From contig OZ024743.1 of the NCBI GenBank assembly GCA_964016885.1, positions 256,866,001 to 256,930,000 on the forward strand: a stretch of DNA of 64,000 nucleotides, given 5' to 3'. Shown here piece after piece: positions 12,039-26,214 of this stretch. Every line of letters starts with the position of its first letter. The stretch's first letter is position 1. This stretch comes from Eledone cirrhosa (lineage: Eukaryota). A program made the position numbers and the translations under genes. The notes beneath the pieces were generated by a model. The model was not told the origin of the DNA. It searched no databases and worked only from the letters and a program-made list of their open reading frames with translations.

Positions 12039-15000
12039 TCATCATCATCATCATCATCATCGTTTAACGTCCATATTCCAGGCTTGCATGGGTTTGGACG
12101 GGGGTTTTCCCACATGAGGCAAGAGTGGTTGTCTTGCTCGCATAGGACTGTCTGGCGGGTTTTCTACGGCTGGATGCCCTTCCTAACACCAACCAAATTT
12201 ACAGTGTGAACTGGGAGGTTTTTACCGTGTTGCCTACACGGCCACATTACAGCGTGGACTGTGTGTTTTTTTGTCGTGACACCTACACGACCTCATTTGT
12301 TTCGGGGTGGATGTTGTGACACCAACATAACTTTACATTGAAGGGGGTGGGGGTGGGGAGGCAGTGGGACGGGGACGGGGTGTACCTTGTTAAAGGTGCC
12401 TACTGACTGTACTAGGTTTAACTTTGCACTTAGGCAAGGCGGGTCTTCTCTATTACTGTGTAGCGCCAAAGCTCTCGGTCCAGTGACATTGCCTTGGAAA
12501 GGTGTAAGTGTGTGAGGTCGGAATTTATCAAATCGTCCCAGGTTTTTCTGGGTCTGCCTACTCCGTGGCTACCGTCTATTTTTATTGCCCTGCACTTTTT
12601 TATACAGCTGTCGTCTTTCATGCGCATCACGTGACCATACCAACGTAGTCTTCTCTCGAGTAAACAACATCTGATCCCTCTTATTTCTAATTTCTCCCTT
12701 AGTACGTTTATGCTTTGCCGTTCACGTATGTTACTATTACACATCCAGCGGAGCATGCAAGCTTCGTTTCTCTCCAGTCTGCGTATATCCTCTGCACACA
12801 ATGCCCAGGTCTCACTGCCATGTAACATTGCTGTTCGTATGCAGGCATCATACAGCCTGCCCTTCATTTTTAGAGAGAAACATTTAGCGGCCAATAGTGG
12901 TATAAGCTCTCTGAACTTTTTCCATCCCGTTCTGACCCTAGCTACTGTACTTTCAGAGCACCCTCCCCCACTGCTGATTTTATCACCCAGGTAACGGAAG
13001 CTGTCGACTATTTCTTTAGAACCATCTGTGCAATGGAACGAGTTAGTATTCTGTGGGCACTTGCGGCTACTTATTGCACCAGAGCACCGGCCACATATAC
13101 AATCTATATTCTTAGATAGTTTACCTGTGATCCCACTACATCTTTTATGTACCCATACTTTGCATTTGGGACATAAAATGGAGTTTCTACCTACTCCTTT
13201 CCTACACACTGAGCATGGCCATTTCCCAGATTGGACCGGTGCCCTATTTCCCTTCCTACAAACTAGAACTTTAGTCTTAGACAAGTTAACTTTAAGGCCT
13301 TTTGATTCTAGGCCATGCTTCCATGTTTGGAATTTCTTCTCTAGTTCAGCCATTGATTCAGCTATGAGCGTTAGATCATCTGCATATAGGAGTTCCCATG
13401 GGCAGCCGGTCTTGAACTCCTCTGTTATATTCTGAAGGGCAATAATAAATAGTAAGGGGCTAAGGACGGAGCCCTGATGAACACCAACTTTTACGCTAAA
13501 CTCTTCACTATATTCGTTGTTAATTCTAACCTTGCTGGCTGTTTCTTTATACATGGCTAGTATAGCTCTCACAAACCATTCATCAACACCTAGTTTCCTA
13601 AGGGCCCACCAGATAATCGAGCGGGGTACTCTGTCAAAAGCTTTCTCCAAGTCAACAAAAGCTAAGTATAGGGGTTTACTTTTAGCTAGGTACTTCTCCT
13701 GTAGTTGTCGTACAATGAAAAGAGCGTCTGTTGTACTTTTACCTGACACAAACCCGAACTGCATTTCGTCTAGATCAATTCTCCCTCTGATTAGTTGCGC
13801 TATTACTTTTTCCGTGACCTTCATGACCTGGTCGATTAATTAAATGCCTCTATAGTTTCCCCTATCTAAGGCATCACCTTTACCCTTGTAGCAGTTAATG
13901 ATGATGCTGATGCGCCAGTCCTTCGGAACGACCCCATTCTGTATGACTTGGTTTACTATCCGGGTGACCATAGTGAGTCCCACCGTTGCAGATGCTTTCA
14001 GCATTTCGGCAACTATTTCCGAAGGCCCGGCCGCCTTGCCCGTCTTCATATCTTTTATCGCCTTACTTATTATACTATCTTCAACTTGCACTGCTGGTCC
14101 CTCTATTGGGTCGATGTGGGGGAGACTGTCTTTCTCCCAATTATTCTCCTCATTTAGTAGCCTTTCGTAGTGACACTTCCAAGCTACCTTCTTATCAGCG
14201 TCAGTGATGGCAAGTACACCATCATCATTTAGGAGACACTTCTCCCCGACAATATCACTGTTTTCCTTGACACATTGCCTAGCAATCCTGAATACCTCAC
14301 GTTTTTGGTCCTCGCGTTGTAGAACATGCTTGAACTTTCTTTCCTCTGCTTCCCTTCTTGCGAAGTACACTTGTCTCCTAGCTCCCCTCCTGGCCACTTG
14401 ATAGTCTTCTCTACTTCCCCCATCCCGCCATGCTTTCCAAGCCTGCCTTTTGGCCTTGATTGACCTCTCCACCTTACTGTTCCACCACCAAGTTACTCTC
14501 CTCCTGCCTATAGGCCTGCTCCAGCCACAGGTTTCATCTGTCGCCTTCAGCAGGTTAGCTTTCAGGAATTCCCACTGTTCCTCTATATTGTACGACTCTA
14601 ATTGCTCTTCCTTACTATCAAAAGCATGAAGTAATATGCTTTTAAATTTATGACTGGCTGTGGGGTCCTTTAATTTCCATATTTTTATCCTGAGGATAGT
14701 CCTCTTCTGTTGTCGAATACGTCTCGTCCTTCCTATGATGTCGCTGATCATGAGTCTATGTTGAGACGTACATTCTTCATGGGGAAGGGATTTAATGTTT
14801 ATCACAGACACTCTGTCTCGTCTCCTGGTAAGGATATAATCTACCTGGCTTGTGTGTTCCCCCGATCTATAGGTGATCAGGTGATTGTCTCATTTTGTGA
14901 AGTTAGTGTTACAGATAGTTAGGTTATTTGTGTCACAGAATTCCATGATTCTGGAGCCTTCCTCATTTCTAGTACCAAACCCATAGCATCCATGGATTCC

Positions 15001-15570
15001 GTCATAGCCGTCACAATGTTGTCAAACGTGACCATTTAGGTCGCCTGCAATAATTATATAGTCACTGTCGGTTATTTGGGAGGTAGTGAGCATCAGTGTC
15101 TCATAGAATCTGTCTTTTATAGTGCCGGGCAGTCCGGATTGGGGTGCGTACGTAGATATTACTGTCACCGTAGTTCTATTGAGGACAAGTCTTATTTTAA
15201 TTATTCTGTCGTTCACTCTATTTACGTCTATTATCTTATCTGCCCACTTTTCTGCTACCATGATTCCTACTCCACCCAGCCCATTGTTATTTCCCACCCA
15301 GAAAAGCTTATTGCATCATTTTTTACCCACGATGAATCTAGCAGACCCACCCCTCCACCTGGTCTCTTGAATACAACAAACATCGACCTCCTTACGTTCA
15401 AGCATTTCTACAACCTCGTTAGAGCGACCCTTTAAGGTGCCTACATTCATGGTACCAACTCTCAAGTTTTGGATTGCGTTTGGAGGGTGGGAGCGGTTGG
15501 GCGTGTGGGGGGGGGGTTATGTTAGCCATATGCGGCCGAAATAGAGAGGAGGAGTGCTTGCATTCTCGTC
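12039..15570 (-). mobile_element. Near full-length RTE LINE pseudogene copy (APE + RT + PHD-like finger), several in-frame stops
   Basis: ORF pieces 15022-15297, 13840-14811 and 12430-13824 are in one frame. Motifs GTMNVGTL, AGDLNGHV, QFGF, FVDLEKAFD, QGSVLSPLLF, LLYADD. Tail (CAT)n at 12039-12061. Confidence 0.95.
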
Positions 15571-16885
15571 ATTCTCGTTCATTTTGTAATAATGCTTTGG
15601 CAAAAAAATTGTGAAATTTGCTAAAATTTAGGACACATAATACCATGCTTAATCAATGGAAAGTAAACCACTATATAGCCAATTCCTGAAAAAGAGCTGT
15701 ATTGTATTATCATTGTATTACTTTATATTCTAAAAACAGTTTTTATATTCACAACAGTTTCTAGAAATTTAATTATACTTTTAGTTAATTAACCCCATGA
15801 TAATGCATTTTTCATCAGTGTTTGGCAGATGTACATTTATTCAGAATTTACATTGTATCTTAAAGCTATAATTGCCATAGAATATTCTGAATAAATGTTA
15901 TAGACTTGCCCTTTGGGTCTGTTATTATTCTACAAAATTATATTGTATTTATGAATACAGAAAATATAAATGTTTAAGTATGTGGCTGGTATTTTGTGTT
16001 TCCCTAATTATATATATATATATAATGTAAAATAAAAATAACCTTTGGTTCTATTTGTGATCTTGCCATTCACGTGTATGAGAGTAATTTATCCATTTAA
16101 GTCCGGTTATATTTAGCCATGACTCTAGTCACATATGCACGGTTAAATGTACAAATTTGCATATGTGTTTGATTTACAAACGCAAGTATTTGTGCTTGAA
16201 TATTTCATCTGCATATTATAAACACATTCATATTTATAAATTCATCCCAGTTGGTGCTTTAATTCTGCATAAATATGGAAATATATTTTTCTGTACATTT
16301 TAAAACACTGGACAGCTGCATATTTATATGTTACTTACTTCTATGTTCACATGTTCACTGCTTTGAAATGCTACTTTACGTTTACACAGGAATATAAATA
16401 CATACCATATTACCAATGGGAATTGCAACTCATTCAGTTGTAGTATTTCAATGATGTTTTTTTCTGCTTTTTGTTTCCTTCTTTTTTTACATTTTCACTC
16501 TAGCTTTTAATCTTGGAGAAAACTTGCAGTTTTGGTAAATTAAGTTTCATCTAAAGCTGCAATAAAAAGAAACTAGCAATCACCATACACAGAACTATTT
16601 TTAAAACTATATTAATATTGAAACAGAAGAAGCGAAAAAAAAGTAAATATGTATATTTTTCTCTTTTATTTGCCATTTGCATCTTTGTATGTTTTTGATA
16701 TTTTAATTAAGAATAAAAAAAAAGATATTATTACTATCTGCGAAATCCTCCAAGATTATGAAATGCTAAAATTCAATACAACTTGAACAATAAAAAGCAG
16801 TAAGTTAATTTTACAGAGGTGAAGTAAAATGTAATAAACAGTATGGCAGAGGGCAAATACACCTGGAGAGCAATCTGTATGCTGC

Positions 16886-16918
<33 letters not shown>

Positions 16919-16999
16919 TGTGACTGTGTGGTGCATGTATGTATGTGTGTACATATAAATATATATATATATGTATATGTCATATGCCTTGAAATGGCA

Positions 17000-17810
17000 T
17001 ACAACACACTCCACAGGCCTTGTATGGTATGTTCTGCAGGAAATACAAGATCAATGGACAGCTCTTTGTTGCATTAAAGTCCCTATATGAATACCTTAGT
17101 ATTTGTGTTTGGATAAATAGTGGTGTTAAAAATATTCAGTGTAGATATCAAACTTCACCAAGTGTGAGGATTGTTACTTTTCTTACTCAAAACCTTTGTG
17201 AACATGATTGACGTGCACTGCTGCGTTGGAAGTGGCATGAAGATCTATGGGAGTAGGATGAGTTGTCTAGATTTTGCAGATAACATGGTTCTAATTTACT
17301 TGTGAGAAGTTGATCTCCAGCATTTAAGGGCTAGGTGAACAGCTGGAGTGGAAATCAGTGCTGCAATACAGATAAACTCATCCTTTCAAGTAAGCCTGCA
17401 CAGTGCACTCTGCATGTGAGTGGAATTTCACTTATGGGAGACAGACAAGAGGCTGAATTAAATGCAAGAATTGTAGGTGCTTGTGCAATAATGCTCCAGC
17501 ATTAGGTCATCAGAAGAAGGGAGGTATGTGTAAAATCAAACTCACTATCTATAATTTGGTGTTTATACCCACTTTTTCCTATGGCAAAAATCTTTGATAA
17601 TGACTAAAAGAATATGATTGAAAATACAAGAAGTCAAAATGGGGTTCTGCTGAAGAATATTTGATGTAATGTTACTCAATAGGATGCAGAGCTCGGATAT
17701 CAGGAAGTTGCATCAGGTAGAGCCAATACCTTTTCCGAATCAAGAGACCACAGCTCTGGTACTACAGACATATGATTAGAATGTCTAAGGAAAGAATCAC
17801 CAACAACTAT
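17000..17810 (+). mobile_element. Highly degenerate RTE/Expander-like RT remnant
   Basis: Remnants read ..YKINGQLFVALKSLY, a FADNMVL motif, ....ELNARI and L.WY.HM.RM. Confidence 0.55.
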
Positions 17811-17944
17811 TAGCTCAGCTGCATTTGCTTAGCGATCCAGCTGGATCAATTAAAGATGGCTGCTTCAGATGGGACCCTCTCAAAAATATATCTCAGAACT
17901 CTGCCCATACGACTCTCCGCAGAGTAAGCGAGTGAAGAAGAAGA

Positions 17945-18021
<77 letters not shown>

Positions 18022-18022
<1 letters not shown>

Positions 18023-18217
18023 ATGTTGAAAAGGTAACACACTAGAGAGATATAGTGCGCCATCAATAAAACAGGGAAAACCACCAGTGTATGGAATCTA
18101 TAATCTATGAAAGGCAGGGTAGACACACGATAAGGTTATAGATTCCATACACTGGTGGTTTTCCTTGTTTTATTGATGGCGCACTATCTCTCTCTAGTGT
18201 GTTACCTTTTCAACATA
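18022..18217. repeat. Near-perfect ~80-bp inverted repeat (hairpin) with a ~35-bp spacer
   Basis: ATGTTGAAAAGGTAACACACTAGAGAG...GGAATCTATAA and its reverse complement at 18136-18217. Confidence 0.95.
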
Positions 18218-18389
18218 TTGTATTTTAAAGAGCTCAAGACTCCTCCTTTGAGCACATTATTGACAGGGAATAGCGAGAGCCTATGGCTCCGTTAATTTAT
18301 AGTGATATGTATGTATATGTATATATATATATTTTGTTTTTGAATTTGTTTTGCAAAATTTCTTATCTGAAAACGTGTGTTGAAACAGA

Positions 18390-18680
18390 TATTGTTATAC
18401 TTTGGGAGGGTGATGCTGCCAATAAAAACACATGCACCTGTTGGTTTTCACTTCAATTTATTATAAATTTGTGGTTGGTTGGTTCAATAACTGGATGGTT
18501 GTTTATATATTGCCAAGTTATATCATCACACATTATGTTGCCTACTCAGTGACTGATTTCTTATTTTGTGTCCCTCCTTTGTTCTGTCATACACCACCTT
18601 GTTTTTGTGTGTTGAGTACTGTCCCAACAGGTGCATATGTTTTTATTGGCAATATGACCCTCCCAAAGTATAAGAATATA
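18390..18680. repeat. ~55-bp inverted repeat element; one arm recurs at 6748-6830
   Basis: ATTGTTATACTTTGGGAGGGT...GCACCTGTTGG versus CCAACAGGTGC...ACCCTCCCAAAGTATAAGAAT. Confidence 0.8.
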
Positions 18681-18812
18681 CATATATATGTATATATGTA
18701 TATATTTATATGTAATAAAAGAAATTGGTTGACTGAGCACTGTAAAAGGAATAGATATGTAGGAAGATGACAAAAACACAAAATTTGGCTTATGATTGGA
18801 GAACGGAAGGTG

Positions 18813-18884
<72 letters not shown>

Positions 18885-19717
18885 TAGATATATAAATAGA
18901 GAAAGAGTATGATGGTTCTTGTTGTGTTGTTGTGTACCTAATGGCCTCTATAGGCTATGACTTTTGATTGATTGGGTAATCAGATATAGGCATGCTAGGA
19001 ATACCAAATAGTATTGACAGTGAGCAATAAGTCTACAGGTCTCAGATATTCAATCAAATATGAAGGTGTCATGTAGGAAAGTGTCTCTGTCAGATCTCTT
19101 ATCTCTTCAACATAATAAATACTGTAATAATGTTGTGTTAGAGTATTCACTTACTGGGTTCAGTCATTTGAGTGCGGCCAATCTGGGGCATTGCCTTCAA
19201 GACATTTAGTCAATTCAATCAAATTGATCCTAGTACTTAGATTTTTCAATCTCTTTTAGTTATAAGTACAGATACACACCCACGCACACACCCACACACA
19301 CACAGACATATATATATACATACAGACACACATATGTGTGTGTATATACATATATAACAGACACACACATGTGCATTAATATATATATACAGTGGCAGAC
19401 TGGCCAGGTTGCCAGGTTGTCCAATGGCAAGTGGGCCCTAGAGGGCTCACTGTAACACTGCAGGTACCCACAGTAGCATTGGAGGAGCTCACTGTAGTAT
19501 TTTTAGAGGCCAATGCTTTACTTTCAACATTTTTTTATTTTAAAGGTCTTAGAGAAAGAATAACATTTTTTTAAAAATAAATGAACAAATAAGCATTTGG
19601 TCAAACAACTGCCTAGGAAATTAATAGAAACCAAAGTATTCTAACAGTTAAAATCACTGGCTTACTGTATTCATTCATGCATACATACAGGGACACTCAC
19701 ACACACGCATATATATA

Positions 19718-20030
19718 TCATCATCATTATCATCATCATTGTTTTACGTCCGTTCTTCCACGCTAGCATGGGTTAGACGGGTTGTCCTGTTGTGAGCAGT
19801 GTCCAGTCGGCTGACCTTGTCTTGCTCATACAGGAACTGATTCTGGCTTGATTTCTACAGCTGGATGCCATTCCTCATTTACAGTGAGTGCTGGGTGCTT
19901 TTTTCTGTGGTGCCTACATGTCCACTTTACAGTGTGGGCAGGGTGCTTTTTTGCCATGGCACCTCCACGACCACTTTGCAGTGGGAGGGTGTGGGGGCAT
20001 ATCGTCTATATGCTTCAGCTTCGGCTTGTT
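19718..20030 (-). mobile_element. SINE or RTE-related 3' region with ~46-bp internal repeats and a (GAT)n tail
   Basis: CATC...TTTTACGTCC..TTCCACGCTAGCATGGGTT, then TTCTACAGCTGGATGCC and repeated CCACTTTACAGTG units. Confidence 0.75.
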
Positions 20031-20214
20031 CCTGTGGGGGGTCATATATATATATACTTACACATACACATGAGCTGCTGGCCAAATGATTTTTTATATC
20101 AATGAGTTAAAGACATATGTAAAATCAATTAGTGGTCAGTTCTTCAGTCTAAAGTCAATAGGGAGAATGAGTCACCAAGTTGAAAACATGTATGATACAT
20201 ATATATATATATAT

Positions 20215-20523
20215 CTACTTCTCTCTATATCAGCCTGTAGGTTGAGGAACTACTTCTCTCTATATCAGCCTGTAGGTTGAGGAAAAAGAGGAAGAGAGGA
20301 AAGGGGTACTCACTCTTCGTACTCCAGGAGATGACGGTTGCACATTTTTTTTGGGGGGGGGGGGGGGTATGTGTTACCCATATGTAATGTCTCCTCCTAT
20401 TGGGGAAAATCGATTAATTTTTAAATTGCATTTGTGATAGTATTTTACACGTTTTTATTTTATGTAAACTTCCCCCTTTGTATTTGTCCCCTTCTTTTGT
20501 GCCCCTGTGGCTAATAAAGAAAC
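20215..20523 (+). mobile_element. Short Tx1-like LINE 3' UTR fragment with a 35-bp tandem duplication at its 5' junction
   Basis: Ends CCCTGTGGCTAATAAAGAAAC, like 41730-41747. CTACTTCTCTCTATATCAGCCTGTAGGTTGAGGAA occurs twice. Confidence 0.6.
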
Positions 20524-20789
20524 ATATATATACACACATACACACACTCCCAGATATATATATTGAGTGAGTGTGAAAGACCAAAAGTCATTATTGAAAG
20601 TCTCTGGATGTGTAAATTTCGCAAGGTACTTTATATTTTTTTTATTTGGGAAGGTAAGAAAGGTCACTTGCATACTCTACTCTAAATAACAGTATACTAT
20701 ACATTCATAATTATTTAAAAATTCAATTATAACATTCTGTATTAACATTTAGTATTACTGTATACTGCCAGTAATATGTACAGTATATA

Positions 20790-21173
20790 TCATCCTCATC
20801 ATTTTACGTCCACTTTTCCCTGCTTGCAAGGGTGGGACGGGAACTGATTCTGGCTTGATTTCTACAGCTGGATGCCCTTCTTAACACCAACCTCATTTAC
20901 AGTGAGTGCTGGGTGCTTTTTTGATTGGCACCTCCACGACCACTTTACAGTGTGGGCTGGGTGCTTTTTTTGCTATGACACCTCCACGACCACTTTGCAG
21001 TGGAATGATAGGGACCCCTGTCCCTCTCATCTCATTTCTACAGCTGGGTAAACTGGAGCAATGTGAAATAAAGTGTCTTGCTCAAGGAAACAATACATCA
21101 CCCAGTCTGAGAATTGAACTCACAACCTTTCGATTGCAAGGCCAATGCACTAACCACTAAGCCATGTGCCTCC
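20790..21173 (-). mobile_element. Apparently full-length tRNA-derived SINE with an RTE-type tail
   Basis: Minus strand: A-box TGGCTTAGTGG, B-box GAGTTCAATTC, central CCTTGAGCAAGACACTTTATTTCACATTGCTCCAG, core AAGGGCATCCAGCTGTAGAAA, tail CCCTTGCAAGCAGGGAAAAGTGGACGTAAAATGATG. Confidence 0.85.
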
Positions 21174-21333
21174 ATATACATTCTAATTAGTAAAAAATAT
21201 ACAGTTTTGTTTTCACTTATGTATTTTTTGAAAATGTTATTTATTCATCATAAAAATTAAATGATAGCATTCAATATATGGGTGGGCCCCCTTTATCTCC
21301 TGGCAACCAATATTTTTAGACCCAGTCCGCCAC

Positions 21334-21444
<111 letters not shown>

Positions 21445-22041
21445 CGATTTCTATTTGTGGCACAAGGTCAGCAATTTGAGTGAAAAATCGATTAAATCGA
21501 TGCTGGTAATAAATAAGTTCATTATTTTATTGGCTTCGGAAGAATTTTAAAGGTAAAGGTGACCTTGGTAGAATATGGAGGAAAAAAGTTGTAACTAAAT
21601 ATCACATATTTGGCGTAATTTGAGGAGTGACAGGATAGTTAGAGCATTGGATCAATTGCCTTGGCATTTGTTTCAGCTCTCTGCTTCTTGAGTTCAAATA
21701 TTACTGAGGTCAATTTTGCATTTGGTCTATTCAGAGTCAATATATAAAATACCAGACTAGGGGCTATGGATAAGCAGAATTGTTAAAGAATTGGATGGAA
21801 TACTTTACTTTATTTTATTTGACTCTGTACATTCTGGTTTTAGATCCTACCTCTTTCTGTAATGAGTTGCAACCAGCAAAGAGTATCAGCAATAGAAAAC
21901 TAATAGAACATTTTTTCCTTGATCCTATCTGAAGATCAAGTGCTTTCTCCTGCTAGGTGTTGCTACCAAGATATATCATAAGCAATGGAAAGACTAATAG
22001 AAACAATGTTTCTGATTATCAGCTTATTTCAGTACCTTTAA

Positions 22042-22260
22042 CCATTTAGCATTTACATTACTCTATGTATACTATTGTATTGCTGCAGTAAAGTCTTTAT
22101 CTCACATAATATCTTGCATAATATTGAATCAATATATTTTGATATTATCTATTTTGAGAACAATACCTTAACATCCGTATGAGTGGCCAGTTATGGCTGG
22201 TTTGAACAGAAAGAGCTGAAAGAATTATGGCCGGACATGGCCAGTTTCAATGCTAAAGGG
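22042..22260. mobile_element. piggyBac-like MITE (degenerate copy of 34037-34254)
   Basis: TTAA|CCATTTAGCATTTACATTACTC ... ATGGCCAGTTTCAATGCTAAAGGG. Confidence 0.7.
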
Positions 22261-23058
22261 AGATTCAGCTTTTATATCAGCAAGATGAGAGAGCAAATAG
22301 AATCTCATCCATTGGTTTCTAGGTTGTTAATTGAGATGACAGCTAAGAAAGGTTTCTTCAATATTAAAGCACTAACAATGTCTGTAGATTTGCACTGTAA
22401 GAACTGAGCAACAGTTAAAGGCCTTTTGAATAATTAACCAAAGCCAATGTCAGAAACGTGCATCCTAAATAACACACTTCATGGAACAGTACTAATAATT
22501 ACATAATAAAGTTACATTAATGCAGATACATAGTGTAGAGCAGAGAATAGAAAACATTATATTTCATTGTGCAATCCATGGAACAGCATGCATGCAATAT
22601 AGTACAACACACTGAGTTGTAAGGTTAAGGCAGTACAAATTGAAGGATTTTTTTCTCTCTTTTTGTGATGACATTATGGCATCAGACATATGTTATCCAT
22701 ACAGCTAGCATTGATAAAATCTATAACAATGCTTCTGTTAAGCTTCATAAAAATTGTTATAGATGGTGCATAATCTATTGAATTATTACTAAACGTAGTT
22801 ATTTATGTAATATTACGGTGGTGAAGCTAAGCTGAAAGGAATTAAACCCAGTAACATCATGAAGCAGTGAACTTTGTATTGAGTCATATCAAGACAAAGC
22901 AAAGCACTCAGACAAAACATTACTATACCTTACAGGCAAGTGTATTGACATACACACATACACACACACATATACATACATACACACACACATACACACA
23001 CACATATATATATCTACACACTTTTATATACATGTATATCCATACCTATATATGTATA

Positions 23059-23116
<58 letters not shown>

Positions 23117-23534
23117 AGGGAATATGCATATATGTGTGTGCATGTGTTAGTTTGTACTATAAAGAAAAGTGAGAAATAAATGCAGATTTACACTGCCACA
23201 GGCACACACATATATATATATATATATGCACAGATTTCCAAAACTATATATACTATATATCTACACCAGATACATAGACTGGAAAATGTCACTGTAACTG
23301 TAGATGAAAAGCGTTTTTATGTGTAGAAATATGTTGATATTTCAATCGGTGTCATTAATAAGGCAGTTATATAAGAATCCAATGTAATATCTTGCTTTCC
23401 CTAGAAATCAATGTTTTAGAGAACACATGCAAGCCTTGAGCTCTATTACTCTTGTACTGGTTTCAATCATTGTACTGTGGCCATGGTGGGGCACTGCCTT
23501 CAAAGGTTTACTCGATCATAATAATGATAATAAT

Positions 23535-23722
23535 TGTTTCTACTTTAGGTACAAGGCCAGCAATTACCCAGTGCATTACTGGTACTTTATTTTATCGACC
23601 CCGTCAGGATGAAAGGCAAAGTCAACCTCGGCGGGATTTGAACTCAGATCGTAAAGGGACGTAACTATGCTGGAAAGCATGGCGTTCGACCCTCTACCGA
23701 TACTGCCAATCCACCGCCCTTG
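23535..23722 (-). mobile_element. tRNA-derived SINE (second family)
   Basis: Minus strand: GGCGGTGGATTGGCAGTATCGGTAGAG...GAGTTCAAATCCCGCCGAGGTTGACTTTGCCTTTCATCCTGACGGGGTCGATAAAATAAAGTACCAG. Confidence 0.8.
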
Positions 23723-23749
23723 ATAATAATGAAACATGATTGTGTCCAA

Positions 23750-24281
23750 TGCTCAGATGTACTACAACTTATCAAAGGTGCTCAGAGTTGTTGTTGGAAA
23801 GATGGTTAATTATATTGTGGGTGTCTACCAAGTCAGTTGCCAGACGTCAGAGCTTTAATATATCCATTCCCAGCAAAGCATGGCATTCAGAGTTTGATAG
23901 ATGCCTGATGTAGGATATTCGTTTTGGTTGCACATCTCTGAACAGTTTCCAGGAGATCAATATTCTGAGCAAGATGGGGTACCTGACTGGTGATGCAAAT
24001 TCTAAGTGCGGATGCACCATAGCTATATACAGCTTTAAGTAGACAGCTGTGGAGGGAGTATGTGAACGCTGGGTTTTTCCTCCCAAAAGGCATGGCAGTA
24101 CACTTGTCCACAGCCAGCTTGAGTTGCCAGTCCATAATCCATTGCTGCATTGTGTCCAGGTCTGATTGCAGGAAAGATCTAAAGTGTACATGATCTGTCT
24201 TTTTTATCTCATGGTACAGCTTGATGTCATGTGCATATTTCAGCACTGGCATTCTTTAAGTTGGCATCTACGTCATTAATA
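23750..24281 (-). mobile_element. CR1-group LINE fragment (same family as 4340-6612) with an internal deletion
   Basis: Colinear with 4540-5195 but lacks about 4815-4960. Confidence 0.85.
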
Positions 24282-26214
24282 CTTAGTTGTCAAAATTGTG
24301 AAATGTATTTCATCAGATGAGGGGTGTCCCCCATAATACAAGTTTTGTGTAAAACAGTTTTTAAGAGCATACGAGTTGGTTGGACCTCATCACCATCATT
24401 TTCAACACTGTGATTATCATCATCATCATCATTTAATGTCTGGCTTGCCTGATAGCAAGGTTATTCACAGACTCAGTTAGTACTCAAGAGGGGCTACTGA
24501 CAATACAGTGAGGCTGGGGCTGTACATCTTGCTTAAATATGGTCCCACACTCTACCAAGTGCATTTTATTGTGGCACTAGTACTAAGGAGATTATTATGT
24601 TTTTGACACAACTGCAGAGCTCTCTCAACAACCACTTTGCAGAGAGTTCTGGCGGCATTAATTGTGTAGATCACCAACACTGGGGAGATTATCGTGTCTT
24701 TTACACAATTGAAGGATCCTTCAATTACAATGTTGAGTATTCCATTTGTTTTATCAATGGAACAGCATGCGCAGGAAATTAACATGCATGTCATTGAGAT
24801 TTCTATAAACATGTACAGCCTTAACACAATTCTCAGGAAGATGTCATGTTCCAAATGTCAGCAAATTTTGGGAAAAGGGCAACGTTGATTAAATCAATAC
24901 CAGTACTTGACTGGTTCTTTATTTCATCCACCCTAGAAAGATGAAAGGCAAAGTTGATTTGAGTAAGATTTGACCTCAGAATGTAGAAAGATGTAACTAA
25001 ATTCTGTAAAGACACACTAGTGATACTGCCAATCCACACCAGTACAACAATGAAAAATGAAAAAGGCTAGTTACATTACTAAATCGCTCAAAATTCTTGA
25101 TTATCTTCAAAATTATTTGAAAACCATTGGCAATGTCTTTTATTTTAAATATGGTGACAAAAGGGTGAGAAAATATTAAACCCCTTATTTCTGCTAACTT
25201 AAAATCCTCTTTATACATTGAAGTATGACATAATCTATTTAACTTGGTTGATGAATTGACCATGACAATACAGGGGAGAGAAAACATTTCAGACAACCCT
25301 CAAACTTAAAACACAATCTATTTCACATGATTTATATTGCATAACTTGTTATGAAGTATACCAACTTCTTAATAAAGATAAAATAGTCAAATATGTGTGT
25401 GTACAAGTAAGTGAATGGTACTATGAAACTGCAAACGTTACAATCATACATTATTACAGTTAGTATGTTGAACATTTAATAACATTCTTCATTAGCCTGT
25501 CTCAGAGAACCGTAATTACTCTTATATTCAGCAGATATATTCTGAAAGTTAGATAGAGAACTATTCTATCTACAAACCTGAAGGCAGATTTTATAAAACT
25601 GCCCCCAAAAATCATTGATTGGCAATTCACATAAATTTAATTGGCTCTTGTTTTACAGCATTTTATTTCGAAAAGTTGATTAACTTTCTGTCAGATCTTT
25701 TAGCCTTTTGCAGGAAAATATTAAGTTTTAAATTCACAGCAATTGTCTACATTTACATTTTTGTTGTTTTTCTTTCCCCACTATGTTCTTATTGTTGTTG
25801 TTGTAGCACTTTCTGATATTTTGTATGTGTTGGTAATTTCATTAGTGGAAGGATGAGGTGGAAACATTCAAGAGATGCTAGAGGTTTTTTTTACTATTAA
25901 CCGATTTAAATATAAATTGTGTGCATGTATATGACCATGTATATAATCACAGGCATGCATGTATATATATATATGTGTGTGCATGGATTTATGTATATTT
26001 AGCCAACACCATGTGAATTTTCAAAGTAATTGCATTGGCAAGCATTTCCTCATAAAATAAAATCTAGACTTCATGCATACTGAGTACTCAGTTATTGTTT
26101 GACTATATATATGAATATATATATATATATGTATGTCTAAGTATAAATAAATAAATATATATCCTTCTCCCCTCCCATACACCTCCCTTTGTGGTAACCA
26201 TCCCCCCTCCCTAG

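Noticed and set aside
12710-14401. Antisense ORFs over RTE copies (also 32154-32879, 1959-2243 and 56802-57068)
   Set aside because: They are shadow frames of the RT ORF and recur only because the element is repeated.
21090-21173. tRNA gene
   Set aside because: A and B boxes are present, but there is no complete cloverleaf and the sequence continues into a SINE body and tail.
24480-24830. Possible old LINE or coding remnant
   Set aside because: No diagnostic motif could be read in any frame.
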